Translations under genes and position numbers: made by a program
Notes under the pieces: model-generated
What the model saw: the letters and a program-made list of their open reading frames with translations, nothing else
Database searches by the model: none
What the model was told of the DNA's origin: nothing
Assembly: GCF_006345805.1 (NCBI RefSeq)
Contig: NC_043005.1
Location: forward strand, 62,682,001 to 62,746,000
Length of the DNA: 64,000 nucleotides
Reading direction: 5' to 3'
Origin: Octopus sinensis
Taxonomy: Eukaryota
In this document: piece after piece, positions 11,971 through 24,787 of the stretch
Position numbering within the stretch: position 1 is the stretch's first letter
Layout of the letters: every line of letters begins with the position of its first letter

Positions 11971-13959
11971 GATAGCACCTACTCTGCGAAACCTTTTGAC
12001 TGTAAGTATGAGATCATGGAGAACCACACTAACTCTGAACAGTGACAATGAATCCCTAAATGCTGGTGATGTAAAAATTTCGTGTGGCATTTTCCATGGT
12101 GACTCACTGTCACCACTCCTCTTTTGTTTAGCCTTTATACCTCTCTCAAAACTGCTTATTGACGCGCAATATGGGTTTAAAATTTTTGATAAAAATATAA
12201 ATCATCTCATTTACTGGATGATTTAAAGCTCTTTGCAAAAAATGACCAACAACTCAAGGGCTTACTAGCGATAGTCAAACAATCCAGTGACGACATCAGA
12301 ATGCAATTAGGCCTCGATAAATGTGCAAAAGCTACCTTTATCAAAGGAAAAATGACAGAAACATCTAACGTTAACCTTGACCAGCAGAATGTCATAAAAG
12401 AACTAGACCCAGCGAAGAGCTTCAAGTACCTAGGGGTAATTGAAGGGAACAGAATAAGGCATTCAGAGACGAAGGAAAGGATCAGGAGAGAACGCTATCG
12501 AAGAGTGAGTGCAATACTCAAGAGAGAGCTAAATGCAAGAAACAGGATTGAAGCAATCAATGCATTAGCCATACCAGTCGTGACTTACAGTTTCAATATC
12601 GTTAACTGGTCAATTACTGAAATATGTCAGCTCGACAGAAAAATAAGAAAACTGTTGACAATGCATAGAATGCACCACCCTAAGGCAGATACAGAATGAC
12701 TTTATCTGCCAAGAAAAGAGGGAGGCCGTGGTCTTTTGCAACTGGCAATAACAATGAAGATTGCTACAATTGGCCTAGACACCTACCTGAAAAAGTCTGA
12801 GGACTGGATGTTAAAACTTGTCTCAAAACATGAAAACAAGAAAGCATCATACTCAGTAACAAAACAGGCAAAGGAATATCTAAGTGAGTTCCGAATACAA
12901 CCAATTTCGGAATTAGAGATAGACATACAAGAAACAAGCACAGAAAAAGCTAGGTGCATGAAAACCCGTGCCAAAACTGCAGCCTTAGATATTCTGAATA
13001 ATAAATGGCAAGAAAAACCTCTCTATGGCAAATACCCAAAGAGAGCGTATAATGCAGATATTGACAAAGCCCTGACCCATCAATGGCTAATGGCCTCTGG
13101 CTTAAAATCTGAAACAGAGGGGTTTATCATAGCAGCTCAAGATCAATGCCTACCAACAAGAAACTACCAGGCCAACATATTAAAGAACGGCAGTAGCCCA
13201 ACATGTCGTGTATGCCGACAACAAAATGAAACCATTGATCATGTTGTCTCCAAATGCAGTCTTCTAGTGCCTACAGAGTACCTCAACAGGCATGATAGAG
13301 CTGCACAATATATTCACTGGGTAATTTGCAAAAACCTGGATTTGCCTCATAAAAAAAAACTGGTGGGAACACAATCCACCTCCAGTGTTTGAAAATGACC
13401 ACATCTCACTCCTTTGGAACTTCACCATTCAAACTGACAGAAAGATAGATGCAAATAGGCCAGACATCATATTGAAAGACTTCAGACAAAGAACATGCCT
13501 CCTCATTGATATGACTGTCCCAATCGATATAAACGTATCTGTCAAGACCTACCAAAAACTGAGCAAATATAAAGATCTTGAAATAGAAATCAGCAAAATG
13601 TGGAAGCTGAAGACTAAAACAATACCTGTTGTCATAGGTGCCCTGGGAATGCTATCGAAAGGGACTGATTGCTACCTAACTCAGATACTAGGAAACCCCA
13701 AAATGGCAGAAATTCAAAAGATAGTGCTCATGGGACCTGCTCATATCCTACGCAAAATACTCTCTATGTAATCCCAATGTTTAAAACAAACTTTTTTTTT
13801 TTTATGTATTAGACATTCACTAGTACAACACCCAAAAAACCCAAATATATGGCACACTAGGCATAACAACAATGTGAACTTCCAACCTGTTGTCTCTTGA
13901 GGTCTCTGGGTGAGACTTGGAGCCAACTTGTACAGACATAAAGCAAAAGTCAATCATAG
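11971..13959 (+). mobile_element. Young 5'-truncated RLE-type non-LTR retrotransposon (R4/Dong-like): RT C-half, CCHC knuckle, restriction-like endonuclease, 3' UTR
   Basis: GIFHGDSLSPLLFCL; HL-Y-(M)DDLKLFAK across a -1 frameshift at ~12213; FKYLG; MHHPKADTE*LYL.RKEGGRGL; CRVCRQQNETIDHVVSKC (C-X2-C-X8-H-X4-C); RHD; RPDIILKD; KLSKYKDL; VPVVIGALG-type motif; stop at 13771. Only three visible lesions. Confidence 0.93.
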
Positions 13960-13986
13960 AATAATAATAATAATAATAATAATAAC

Positions 13987-14027
<41 letters not shown>

Positions 14028-14061
14028 TAATAATAATAATAATAATAACAATAATAATAAT
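13960..14061. repeat. (AAT)n tail with a few AAC units
   Basis: Direct sequence. Confidence 0.97.
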
Positions 14062-14543
14062 ATTGTTTTGTCTTGGTATAAAAGATGGGCTACAGCAAAT
14101 ATTCTGCTCAATACCACAGATTTGCTTGTCAGTTGTTTGACCTTAACCAGTTGAGCATGTCCCTTAGTGGCTGACGATATGTGCATCTCTGATCACGAGC
14201 AGAAGTAGTGGGGGAGCATCATAGCCATGTGTTGAGAGGGATTCTTTGGGGTTTGAATAGTTCACCTCTGGAAACATGGGTGGTTCTTTCAACATCCTTA
14301 AACAACCCTTATTCAGGGACCGTTTGAGCGGGATGGGCTACTCAACCTGAAGAAAATTCTAACTGGGCCCCACCTGCAAGGTCATGTGCTGTTTATCTTG
14401 ATATGAGATCACCATGTGCGCACATATGGTTGTGATGCATGTGCCTGGTGTACCTTTATCAGACGGGTAGTCATGATGGGTATATTGGGCTTCATATATT
14501 TTACCCCAGTGTCACTTTGATGGCATGAACTGCTCTCTCACTC

Positions 14544-14544
<1 letters not shown>
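14062..14544 (+). mobile_element. Non-coding interspersed element flanked by (AAT)n, copy 1
   Basis: Highly similar to 27857-28337 along its length, with the same 3' end ctgctctctcactca followed by (AAT)n. No meaningful ORF. Strand is assigned by analogy with the AAT-tailed RLE elements. Confidence 0.75.
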
Positions 14545-14589
<45 letters not shown>

Positions 14590-14859
14590 GGAAAAGGAAA
14601 TATTCAACTGCTAGCATTGGCATATGATAAGTTATGTCATTAATTGAAGTAATGACTTCAGTAAAGTTAAACACAATTATTGCTGACACATTAATGAATA
14701 CTGATTCACTCAAAATTGGTGTACAGTATACTACATTCTGTCAATGAAATAATCTTCAGTAAGTGACAATAAAATGTAAACTAAATACCAATGTTCAGGG
14801 AGGAGTTAGCTAACAATTTGTATTTACTGTTAAGTGTCAGGCTTATGCTGCAAGAGCAG

Positions 14860-16162
14860 TGAGATTAAAATGGTTTAGGCTATTCTTGGACAGTTGCAAT
14901 TTAATGATTGCAGAAAAACAAACAAACATGGACACAACGAGGGAAATCCAGTTGACCAATGTTCTCAGAGGAAGGACTGGAGATAGTTGTTAATTCAGGG
15001 CTTCAGCGAGGTAGGAGCACAATATGGGTGATGAGTATATTCGATAAGTGTGCCCAAAGGGTTTGAGTGGAGGTGGCACTAAATCAACCAGCACAGAGAA
15101 GTAAACATCTCTATAATTGCAGTAAAAGAGGTAAAGTGAAATGATGGCACATCTGTAGGCCACCCTACTAATCAGCAGCTTTATGCCAGTCAGAAGATAG
15201 CTTAGAAGTAAGAATAGCATTCTATTGTGAGGTTAGTAGCAGCTGTTGGGCTAAAATATTTTCTTACACTGTAAAAAGAGACCAGTATCTTTGTGCTACA
15301 GCCTTTACTATTTTGAGAATGTGCATTTGACATAAGAAAAACTCATTAATGGGGAAATCTAGCATTTGAAACTTTTCATTTGGAAACCAGATTTATGCTG
15401 CTCATATTTGGAGCTGTTGGGGTATGGTAATGTTTATTTGATGCATGTAATGATTGTGAAAGTTGAAGATAACAAGATTAGGATGAGCTGACTGGAAGTC
15501 TTTATACATTGAGTCCGTGCTGGTTTAGCAGGAGATGTTTAGGTTGCATGTAGATAATGCTTTGGTGAAAGTCAGGAAAGAATGAATAGTTATATCCCAT
15601 AAGTGAAAACAAGCTTTGTTGGAGTTGATAGCTTGCTTTATAGTAACATGGCAGCATTAATATATATATAGTAGGAAGAGTGTGATGACAAAACTGAACT
15701 TTGGGGCACCTGTGTTGCTAAAGAATAGTGTAGAAAGAGCTCCCTCAGCACAAGCTGAGATAGTCAAAGACATAGGGTGGGGTGCAGCTAGAACCCATAG
15801 GTGGACAATTTTTTCAGATATAGTTAAATGCTTTGCTGATATTAAGCACATAAAGAAAGTTTTCACCAAATTTCTCTAGGAGAGTAGATTTCAAGTAAAC
15901 CTGGTTTAAGGAAGCTGTACTGGTGGTCATTAGGAAGGGAAAGAGATTGAATGTTTTAGAGAAGGTGGTTATAAATAGCTGTCTCCATCACCTTCAAGAT
16001 GCTGAGAGTGAAAATAATAGGATGATAGTTGGCGGTGTCAGAAGAGCTTTCCTCATTGGGAATGAGGTATACTGTAACATGTTTCCAAAAATAAGGATAT
16101 ATCCTTCAGCACAAAAAGACTAGAGGAAGAAAAAGAGGAGAGAGAGATAGAGATAGATAGAT

Positions 16163-16219
<57 letters not shown>

Positions 16220-17370
16220 CAGACTGTGAGAGAAACAGAAAAATTGAAGAGTTTCAGGAAGATGAAATTTAGAATTACTTGAGGGTAGAATAAGGGATAT
16301 TGCCAGGCCTTGTTGATTTGATATCATTAGAAGTATTTTCATACATGGCTCACATGTGTGCCATGACCAGGGATAGTTTCACAGGAAATTTATTAATGTG
16401 TGCAGTAGGCAGTTAGATTCAAAGTATGAAGTAAATGTAGACATATTCTCCATAAGAATACTGCCAACAGAACAATTATTATTTACATATAGAAGGAAAA
16501 AGACTTTCACAAAGCAGGTAGAGATTCTTTTGGCAAGATACAAAAAAGGACCAGCCCATATTTGGGAGATAGTAGTGTTTGTGGGCTGTGTGATGCGTGT
16601 AAGTATCCTGTGTATTTTGGATGATGATCATACTGGAGGAGCAGTGTTCTGCATAAACTGTTCAGTTTCAAGAAGTGGGTAATCTTCTCCAAGCATTGTA
16701 TGACATATTTTATTTTGCCTGAACTACTTCAGTGCAGCTATGAGAAAAACTCTTAAGGTATTTGTGGTTATGAGTTTTTCTTAAGTGTTGGATGTGGAGA
16801 GACATGAATAAGCAGATGCTTTTAGTCAGCCACCTAACAGTTTCTGACGTGTCATGGGTAAAATACATGTGCTGCCAAGGATAGTTAGAATAGAATTAAT
16901 AGAGCTCAAAGTAGTTAGCTGGCTTGAAGTGCAATAGGGTCCTGGAGGTGAGGGTAGAGCATAGTATCATATATGAATTATGGTGGGCAGTGAAAATAAA
17001 ACAGCAGTGGTCAGACAGCCTTAACAGAGGCAGAAATGGTAAGGATCTTGTTGAGATAGATTTGATGTTGGTCAGAGATGTGTGTATGAAATGAAACTAA
17101 CTGATGTTAAAAGATGAAGATTGCAGAAGAATTGAATTCTATACAGGCAGCATCAGTGTAAAATGAGTGTGAAAGCCAAGAGTTGTGAGTGCTGAAGTCA
17201 CTAAAGAGGATGACTTCAGAGAGGTGTAAGGTAATGCATATGAAGTCAATGCAAGAAGAGATATGGTCAAAGAGTTGTGGATGATTGGAGGAGTTTATAG
17301 AGGGAAAACATATAATGTATTGGTGTTCTGCAAGGTCAAGTTCTGTGTAAGTCTGGTACAAACACTTAAA
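14860..17370 (-). mobile_element. Heavily decayed CR1/L2/Jockey-group LINE (APE + RT)
   Basis: Minus strand: LFDHISSCID..SEVILFSDFSTHNSWL (APE GDFN-type motif); LDISKAF-like and NTGAP..TLFLLYI (RT PQGS region); AYRCAIISLYLFYCNY..LVDLVPPP (C-terminal HRR..LFY-type region). Confidence 0.7.
16140..16212. repeat. (AG)n/(AGAT)n microsatellite inside the LINE
   Basis: Direct sequence. Confidence 0.95.
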
Positions 17371-20300
17371 CAAAGTAAATCCTTTAAAAGACTCATAAGC
17401 TAGTATGTGCTATTAACTAGGGCTATGTGATTTACTGACAATTACCCACTAAAATATACTAAAAAACAAATAGAGTACGTATAACAACACTACATTAAAC
17501 AAGGTGAAATCAGGTAGGAGAATAAGAGTCAAAGAATGTATGTGTGTGCACACATGTTTGTACACTTTAGCTACAGCATATAAATCAAACTGTTTTACTT
17601 ACTCTATGCAATATTAGCCATCACTGAATCAACTAACAGATTCTACAACAAAATGAGAACACTAAATTATCCATTAAATATAGGTGTTGCTGAGTGCTTT
17701 TTATCCCTAACTAATTCACAGTTGAGTAGGTCTATGATCTATGACATTCTAGTATTAATTACCTTGTCTTTATAAGACATTAGTGAGTCATTCAATGCAA
17801 TTCAGTTGCTATTTATAGCATGCTAAATGATTATAAGGATGCCTGAAAATGATATCCGTCTGTTGGATAAATACAGTTACAGTTGTAAGAAGGTGATTAG
17901 AAATATACTTGTTCAACCCATACTAGCATGAAGCATGAATCTTAAATGATGATGATTATGATAACGATGATAAATCCATTGGAATACTATTCTTTGGTCT
18001 AACTTTATAGTACATCACTTATAAAAAAAAAAAATGAAAGCAAGGCATTAAGGATTTACTTTATCATATTGTTGATAAGAACTTGGATTATGCCAGTTTA
18101 GTTCAGACAAGTTCTCACCAGATGATTCTCAGCCTAAGATTAGAAAATGGTATGGAAAATTATATCTTTTTCCTGCGGCCATTTTATCAATGCCTTTCTA
18201 AAATTCAGAGAAGCCTGGTAGAAAGTGAATTCCCATCTAGGTTGCTTTGATAAATGAACACACTTGTTTGTTCTTGTCTTTCAAAAGGCTATAATAATCA
18301 TTTTTTTAAATACAAGATAAGCCTTTTCATTTTTAGTTGATTTTCATTAATTACAATATATTTAAAAGCTAATAATATCTGACATCATCGTTCCTCATGA
18401 GAATACTGTGATCATAGGTGATTATAATCTCATTAGCTCTTTAAATCCAAGTAACATCAAAATTTATTTGGGATTCTCAACTGAAGTCTCTTGTATAAAG
18501 AAGCCTAGGTGACACCAGCTAATCTGTACTTTATATTTTTGCATCATTTGAGGAAAAAAACTGAAGAACTTAAAATATAAAAACTTTTATACCAAGTTCT
18601 TTGACTTGTACTTGGTTGAATTTGGGGAATAAGGATATTGGAGCATCAATATGAATATGATCAATGTAAAAGTAAGGAATGTGGCAAGGACTTTTAATAT
18701 AAACATTATATATATATTTGAAAAGGACAAGTGAAAATGAAAAAAAAACAACAGTGAACCTACTAACAAGGAACCCAATGCATTGGAGGCAAGCAAAATA
18801 TTTGTGAATCAATTCTTGTGAATCAATTCTTGTTAGTGGGTCTGTTGTTCAAAATATTTACAATGAATAACATTTCATAAACGTGTGTGCATTTATGTGT
18901 GTGTGTATGTTTTTACATGTTTGAATATATATTTAAGTGTGGATTTATATGTATATATGTTTGTATACATGTGTGTCAATTTCAATTACTTAAAGTGAAT
19001 GTTTTTTTGTTGCATTAGGTTCCAGACATTTAAGTATTTTTCTTTTCATATTCCAATATGTTATAAAGTATTTGTGTCATAAAATATGTAGAGATGACTG
19101 GAGGAAGAGGAGGAGGATACTGTTAGCATCAGTTTACCATTATCTTTAAAACATATTCATGAAAAATTCCTTGCAATACCAAGTTGATCAATTATAGATG
19201 ATTAATTCTGAAATATAAGATCTTACATTTGCAAGAGGATTTTTTTTTAGATTACCAGTAAAAATACTGTTTAAAAGATTAAACAGATCTTCACTTTAGA
19301 AATGTCTAAAAAGCTGTAAAATGACAAGGAAGAAAAAAAGAAATGTAAAAGTGATAAAGTGAAAATAACAAAAAGTTGAATAGATGAATAAAGAGTGGAG
19401 TGAAAAAGTTTTCAACTTTGAGTAGTGAAATAATAATTGAAGCAAATGCTATTAAGGTAAAAATATAAGTATATCAGGCTGAAATCTTTATCGGATATGA
19501 AATATTTCCTGTAAGCATGTTCTTGTATAATTCTGAAACTAAGAGTAAATATATATATATATAAAAAAATTTTAAATATGACAAGAAATGATGTTAATGT
19601 AAGTACTGATGAAAGTGTTATTAATAATGTATAGCATGTCAGAAATCAATAATGCATAACAAAACTAGTAATATTTTTTAGGATATTATTAACTATAAAG
19701 TTCAGATGATGCTACAGATGAAAATATGAAATGTGCATTGTATTCTTAAGCATGGCAAATTGCTATACTTCCTTAATCTTCATTCTGATTTAAGATATTT
19801 GTGAATTAAGGAAGGTCTGGAGAAAATCATTAGAATTTATTTGTGGCACAAATAAATCCTAGTATTGGTGATGGATATGAGTTAATAATATTGAATAATA
19901 TTGATTTATGACTTTGGTAAAACCCAAAACTTTGTAAAAGAACTATATATATATTGTCACAGAACTAAGCTTGTACTATATTTATCTCAGATGGATGAAA
20001 GTCAAAGTCAATGCAACCTCTCAATGATCAAAATAAAATACATAAAGGAATAAAAAAAAAATGGTAGATAAAGTTTTCAATTGATAACCTACTGACAAAT
20101 AAAATATGAAAACCATTTTTATATTATCAGGATTACTGACATTGTTTGGAAAGAAAGAATGCTATGCATTCTGAGAATTTGAACCTGCCAGTAAACTACA
20201 TACCTATCTATCTGTCTGTCACTATATTATATATAAATATATTTATCAATCTCTATATCTATAATTATACATATATATATATATATATATGCTTGTATAA

Positions 20301-20589
20301 TTGTAAAGAGGACAACAAACATTAAGGCAAGGCAAGCCCTAGTAATTCATTACAGCACTTAGTGTATCTAATCGTTTAGATCACCTGTTAACTAAACCCC
20401 TATACTTTGTATATTTGCATGTATGTGTGCAAATGGAGAGAGAAGAAATATATTCAAGAATGACCCAAGACAAGAAGGCCTTCAAAGGAATGATATGCTG
20501 ACCAGAGAATCTGACAACACTCAGTGTCACAATTCTATACATGCGCTTGCAGATGTAAGGTCACACTCACACACACACACACACACATG

Positions 20590-20745
20590 GCAGTCTTTCA
20601 CTCTGCCAAATCCATTTACAAAGCTTTGATCAGCCTTGGGCTATAGTAGAAAACATTTGTCAAAGGTGCAACACAGTGGGACTGAACTCAAAATCATATG
20701 GCCGAGAAGCAAATCTCCCAGTCACATAGCCATGGCTTGACCTAC
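20590..20745 (-). mobile_element. SINE family A head fragment
   Basis: ccaaatccatttacaaagctttgatcagccttgggctatagtagaaaacatttg aligns with 875-930. Confidence 0.65.
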
Positions 20746-23079
20746 AATACATATGTGTGTGTGTGTTAGTGAGAGAAAGTGAAAGAGAGAGAGAGGAGGC
20801 AAAGCATAAAAGATTTTGATAAATAAAGGAATGGGAGGCACAGTATATATAGCGAGTGGAGTATGTGCTTAGTATTCATTTTGCATTTGTTAGGATCAAA
20901 AGTTGTGTTGTATACTGAGATGATTTGGAATCAGGAACAAAAATATTAAACTGGAGTCTCAACTGATTACAGCAATATCTTTTGAATGTAGATAATATAT
21001 TTTTTTTTTAATATCATAATACCCAAAATTAAATGTATCTATAGTATTTATATAAAAATGATAAGGTTATAATCTTAAGAAGATACTTTTTTTTCATAGA
21101 AAAGGATCTCATAAAACTTTTGTAAAAACTTTTTTGTAGCTGTGATTACAATTTGATAAAAACAATTTTGAGTTATATATAAACTCTTTACATTAGAGAC
21201 AAAACTGTGTATTGTAATAGAAACCAATTTTGTGTTCCCTCCTTTTTTGTTTAATACAAAGCTAAATGGAAATATAAAAGTATTTTTGGACAACATTGTT
21301 TTCTTCCTATACAAAAAACAAATCTTCCTGATGTAAAGATGCAACAAATGAATTAATCTTAGTAAATTACTGATGTAATTTTATCAACAATATAAAAGTG
21401 AAAATAAATTTTACCAACAAGAACTGAACTCTAAAAGAGAAGGATCCAGCTAAATATTTTAAATTATGGTGTCTTAAAGCTTTGTGAGTAAGCAAAATCT
21501 AGTAGTCAAAAGCTGAAGAAGTCTTATGATCATCATCATGATCACCAACATCATCAATAGGCACATACTATACATGATATTGTGTATGTGTGTATCTGAG
21601 TGTCTGTGATAATATCTATGTTTACCAATATATAACAATTGGTGTTTTGTTGAAAACCATAATTTAAGTGATTTGACAAAATATGGATAATACAATTCAT
21701 ACCAGACTGAAATGAGTGTTTGGGGTCAATATAATCAACTAAAATCTCTCGAAAGTAGTGCTCCAGTACGACCACAGTCCAATAATTCATATCAATAAAA
21801 GAATAAAAAATAATTCGATTTATTGCTTACTTCAAATAATTTTTCTCATGATACCAAGCATCAACTATATATAGTCTATTTGCAATTTATGTAATTTTAC
21901 CAAAAATATAAAACTAGTTTCTCCTAATGATTTGAACCAATAAATTAATAAGGTTCAAAGTATAAAATAGGAAATCATCATACATTATGTTGCTGTTATA
22001 TCCTTATTTAGCAACTGCACCATGCAATATACTTATGTTTAACTTACTTGGAAACAATATCAGCTTTTAGCTTACATGTCTAATTATCAAGACTCAGTTG
22101 GCAGATGACTTTAACTAAACTTCCTTCTTTAATCATATCTACAATAGCTTAAGTCATACTTTTAACATTGTGTCATCACAGACATTGCCCAACTCTGAAA
22201 ATAGAACTGATTCAAATTCAAATTCTTCCAAATATATTAACATAACAGACATAGCACATTCTGTGACACATTCACTTTCATCCCTTGTTCTTACATAAGT
22301 CAAGAATCAAACAACTGAAATCAGTTTCTGAATAATTCCAACACCTCTGTACAACAGATAAGTTATAAAAAAAGCATGAATTTCAGTAACTGCCACACAC
22401 TGAGACCATCCATTTCTAGCAAATGCGGAAAAAAATTAACATAAAATCTTTTTCTCGCTACACATGCCTTAGCAAAACCCATCTTCACTGTTTCTTTTCT
22501 CATTTATTTAAACCAGACTGTTCTCTTCTCAAGGCAATAACACTTCTATCTGATATGATCATGATGATTACAAAATTTATTTTTAACATATTCATTCTGT
22601 TTAATGTCTTTTCTCTCTCTTGTTTTTTTTTTAGAATAATGTATGTAATTATTCAGAACTAGAAAGAATGGTAGAGAATGCTAAGTGTAATTCTTTTGTA
22701 GAAATATTTATTTTCAGTAAATATATATCAAAAATAAATATATGTGTACATGCTCAAACACATACACAGGTTGTTAATTTTATGAGTGTATATTTCATAC
22801 ACTACTTTCTGTATGCATATATATTTGTAACAATAAGCCATAGAATTATTCTAGAGCAAAATATTGTCCACCTGTATATGAATGTTGTTTATAAGTGTGA
22901 GTAAATGTAGTGCTTCCTCTATTCAGTGTACAGTGCTGTATGAATGATTAAGGACAGCAGGGAATCTCTCCCATACAGTGTACTAAACTTGTGTAACTAA
23001 GAAGTACATTGGACCTGACTGATCTCATCTCTCTGGCATTCACCATCATTCCTGTTCACTGAACCAAGTTAACTGCAAA

Positions 23080-23320
23080 ATGAGAGACAAGATTGAACCT
23101 ATCCATATTCAATCCTTACTTGACACCATCTTATCACTCTTTCTCTTCCATCATGAGGTTTTTATATAAGGCATTGCATCGAAAGCTTGTACCCATTACA
23201 ACTTCTTACATCCTTTCTATCTATCAACTATCACTCTTCCCCAAGATCAAGTTAATGATATCTATCACTTTCTGTAACCACTGTACATCTCTATTACATT
23301 CCATAACTTCTCTCTCTCTC
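23080..23320 (+). mobile_element. Possible N-terminal remnant of a Penelope-like ORF
   Basis: NLSIFNPYLTPSYHSFSS and QVNDIYHFL*PLYISITFHN loosely resemble the region upstream of PLE reverse transcriptases. Pattern recall only. Confidence 0.25.
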
Positions 23321-24731
23321 TCTGACAACCTCTTGGGTAATGGTGCAACAATAAAATGCACCAAGTACACTGTGAAGTATTGGAAAGTATACATAAAATG
23401 GTAATGATGATAGTGAAGAAGGAAGACATAAAATTCAGAACTATGGGAGTATTCTTCTAAAAGATGATGCAACTCATATAAAATATTGTGTGTGTGTTTA
23501 CACACACACATACAATAATTTATGTGTGTAATTATTATATATAATTTACATGACTTCCAAACTTTGGGTTGTCAGATTATTCAGTTCCAGGCAGATCTAG
23601 GTCAGGAAAGAAAAAAGCTACTTAATACTGACAAAAAGAAAACTGTTTTAAGCAGTTTCGTTCATTCTTAAAGTTTCAGATTTAGAAATGACAACAAGTT
23701 AATTGTAGATCAATAACCTTTTAACAAAAAGTTTAGATATGTCTGTTTATAAATGTGTTTATTTTTATATGATAATAGACAAGAGTGAGTTGAGTATGTA
23801 CAATATGTTAATTATCATACTTTTATTAATTATTGAATTCACAGTACTGAGCTAGAAGACCTTGTATTTAGTTGTGTCCCTTTATATTCTTAGTTCAATT
23901 TCTACTAAGCTTGATACTAACTTTTATTTCTTTGGGTTGTTGTTTAGCACAAATTCATCTCTGATAAAACAGATCTTTAAGAAGGTAGGTTCCTCAGAGG
24001 TAAATAAAAAATATACTTTGCAAGTAATGGAATTGATTCAATTAATTAAGCTCTATTCTCACCTCTAAAAATGTCAGGCCTTGTATTAACATAAGTAATC
24101 ATTATATATGACAATAAAAGCTAAAAATCATTTGATGTTTTAATTTAATCAGCTATAAAATGGATCTATGTAACAATAAGTTATCAATTACAGTCACTAA
24201 GGTTAATTACTTAAAACTTAGTTGTTTTTAAGTTAAAAAACACAAGAAAAAACAAAAACAAATAATCAACTTAATTGCAGATCAATAACGTTTTGTATCT
24301 GATATTAAAAGCTGAAGGTGCCAAATAGTCACCTGAATTCTTTCAGAGTAGACATTATCTTTTCACTTTTTCTTAAACTGGTCTTGTTGAATATACCAAC
24401 TCCTTGTAGATTCTATAACATGTGCAACTGAATTATACTTTCATTATCTTGGTCAACTTTGGCAGTTTAACATACCATAATTCATATGATATTTATATAC
24501 CTGTCCATTTTAATTAGTTATATGAAGGAATATCAAATTATTAATTCAGTTTAAGTAGATATTCACATGAACCAAGAGAAAGTGTGTTGAATTTCTGAAG
24601 TTGTTTTAGTTGTTTGCAGTTGAGAATCTATGTAACATAGTTGTACATAAGTGAATTAAGAACCACAACAATGTATATAGTGAGTTTCAATAAAAAAAAA
24701 CCAGAGAAGTTTTATGTATTTCTTTATTAAG

Positions 24732-24787
24732 TTATTTGGAGGTTGGAAAAGGGCAGTGCTCATGACTTTTACAGACTCTCCAGACTG
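24732..24787 (+). other. Candidate 56-bp internal exon of an unidentified host gene
   Basis: Pyrimidine tract ttttatgtatttctttattaAG, more GC-balanced interior, two open frames (LFGGWKRAVLMTFTDSPD or IWRLEKGSAHDFYRLSRL), donor CTG|GTAAGA. No homology recognised. Confidence 0.25.

Noticed and set aside
14165-14215. CTGACGA/CTGATGA in the AAT-flanked element as a hammerhead ribozyme core
   Set aside because: The downstream motif is GAAG rather than GAAA, I could not build the flanking helices, and the C/T difference between copies is explained by CpG decay.
18030-18250. ~70-codon stop-free frame KDLLYHIVDKNLDYASL...
   Set aside because: No homology recognised, and alternative frames on both strands look equally plausible.
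18640-18695. QCKSKECGKDF resembling a C2H2 zinc finger
   Set aside because: A stop codon follows before any His ligands.
18802-18832. Short (13-14 bp) tandem duplication ttgtgaatcaattc x2
   Set aside because: Ordinary slippage duplication with no further structure.
20423-20560. Apparent exon with a GTAAGG donor
   Set aside because: One frame (MEREEIYSRMTQDKKAFKGMIC*) resembles a decayed RTE/BovB-type C-terminus next to a SINE, so a TE remnant is more likely.
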